Assembly: GCA_964019335.1 (NCBI GenBank)
Contig: OZ025755.1
Coordinates: 62,001-126,000 of the forward strand
DNA length: 64,000 bases
Reading direction: 5' to 3'
Source of the DNA: Diplonema japonicum
Lineage: Eukaryota; Protista; Euglenozoa: Diplonemea
Of the stretch, positions 63,858-64,000 are shown in pieces. The translations under genes were made by a program, and so were the position numbers. Every line of letters begins with the position of its first letter. Positions within the stretch are counted from its first letter, which is position 1. Below the pieces are notes generated by a model, which saw only the letters and a list, made by a program, of their open reading frames with translations, ran no database searches and was not told the DNA's origin.

Positions 63858-64000
63858 TCAACGTGCGTACTCTACTGTGTACCCTTTTTTCCGGTTTGGC
63901 AGCCGGATGCTGACCGTCTGGTTAACGGGCCCTCCCGCTGCTCCCGCGGACCTCACCACATAACCCTGGCTTCCTGGGAGGGTCAAGGCCACCCCCGAGC
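63858..64000 (-). CDS. 3' end of an unidentified gene (runs off window)
   Basis: Open minus-strand frame ending ..KGYTVEYAR*, followed by the T-run/AG/A-run spacer seen between other genes. Confidence 0.5.
   Translation of the reverse strand, partial: SGVALTLPGSQGYVVRSAGAAGGPVNQTVSIRLPNRKKGYTVEYAR

Noticed and set aside
1-64000. tRNA, rRNA, SL RNA genes or telomeric arrays
   Set aside because: None recognised by eye; a covariance-model scan would be needed to exclude divergent ones.

Overview
Eukaryotic genomic DNA. It is most likely from a euglenozoan and diplonemid-like; this is inferred from the gene organisation and a kinetoplastid-type EF1B-like domain, not proven. About 27 host genes all lie head-to-tail on the minus strand, separated by homopolymer-rich spacers, consistent with one polycistronic, SL-trans-spliced cluster. 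Genes: a TTLL glutamylase, a UBL-ankyrin protein, a NADAR-like/5'-nucleotidase-C fusion, a DNMT5 (C5-methyltransferase + SNF2), two Cys-rich surface/secreted proteins, RPF2, a TBC RabGAP, a GlnRS with unusual appendages, a multicopper oxidase, MINDY, ZNF598/Hel2, an HSD17B14-like SDR, an MBOAT, a Pex14N-MAPR-CaaX fusion, a Spinster-like MFS, a pseudo-DUSP, a PPR protein, HemK2/N6AMT1 and several hypotheticals. I reconstructed 18 short (33-65 nt) GT-AG introns by hand. Most have poly(A)/purine tracts, not polypyrimidine tracts, before the 3' AG, and most sit near gene 3' ends. Most start codons are preceded by A-runs. Mobile DNA: three defective piggyBac elements (TTAA target duplications), a TA-flanked MITE with a related larger element, and tyrosine-recombinase (Crypton-like) elements. 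The Crypton-like termini form long hairpins with GNA triloops and tandem G.A mismatches. An apparently young chimeric gene joins a duplicated GlnRS tail to a probably transposon-derived zinc finger. All calls come from manual motif recognition; no database searches were run.
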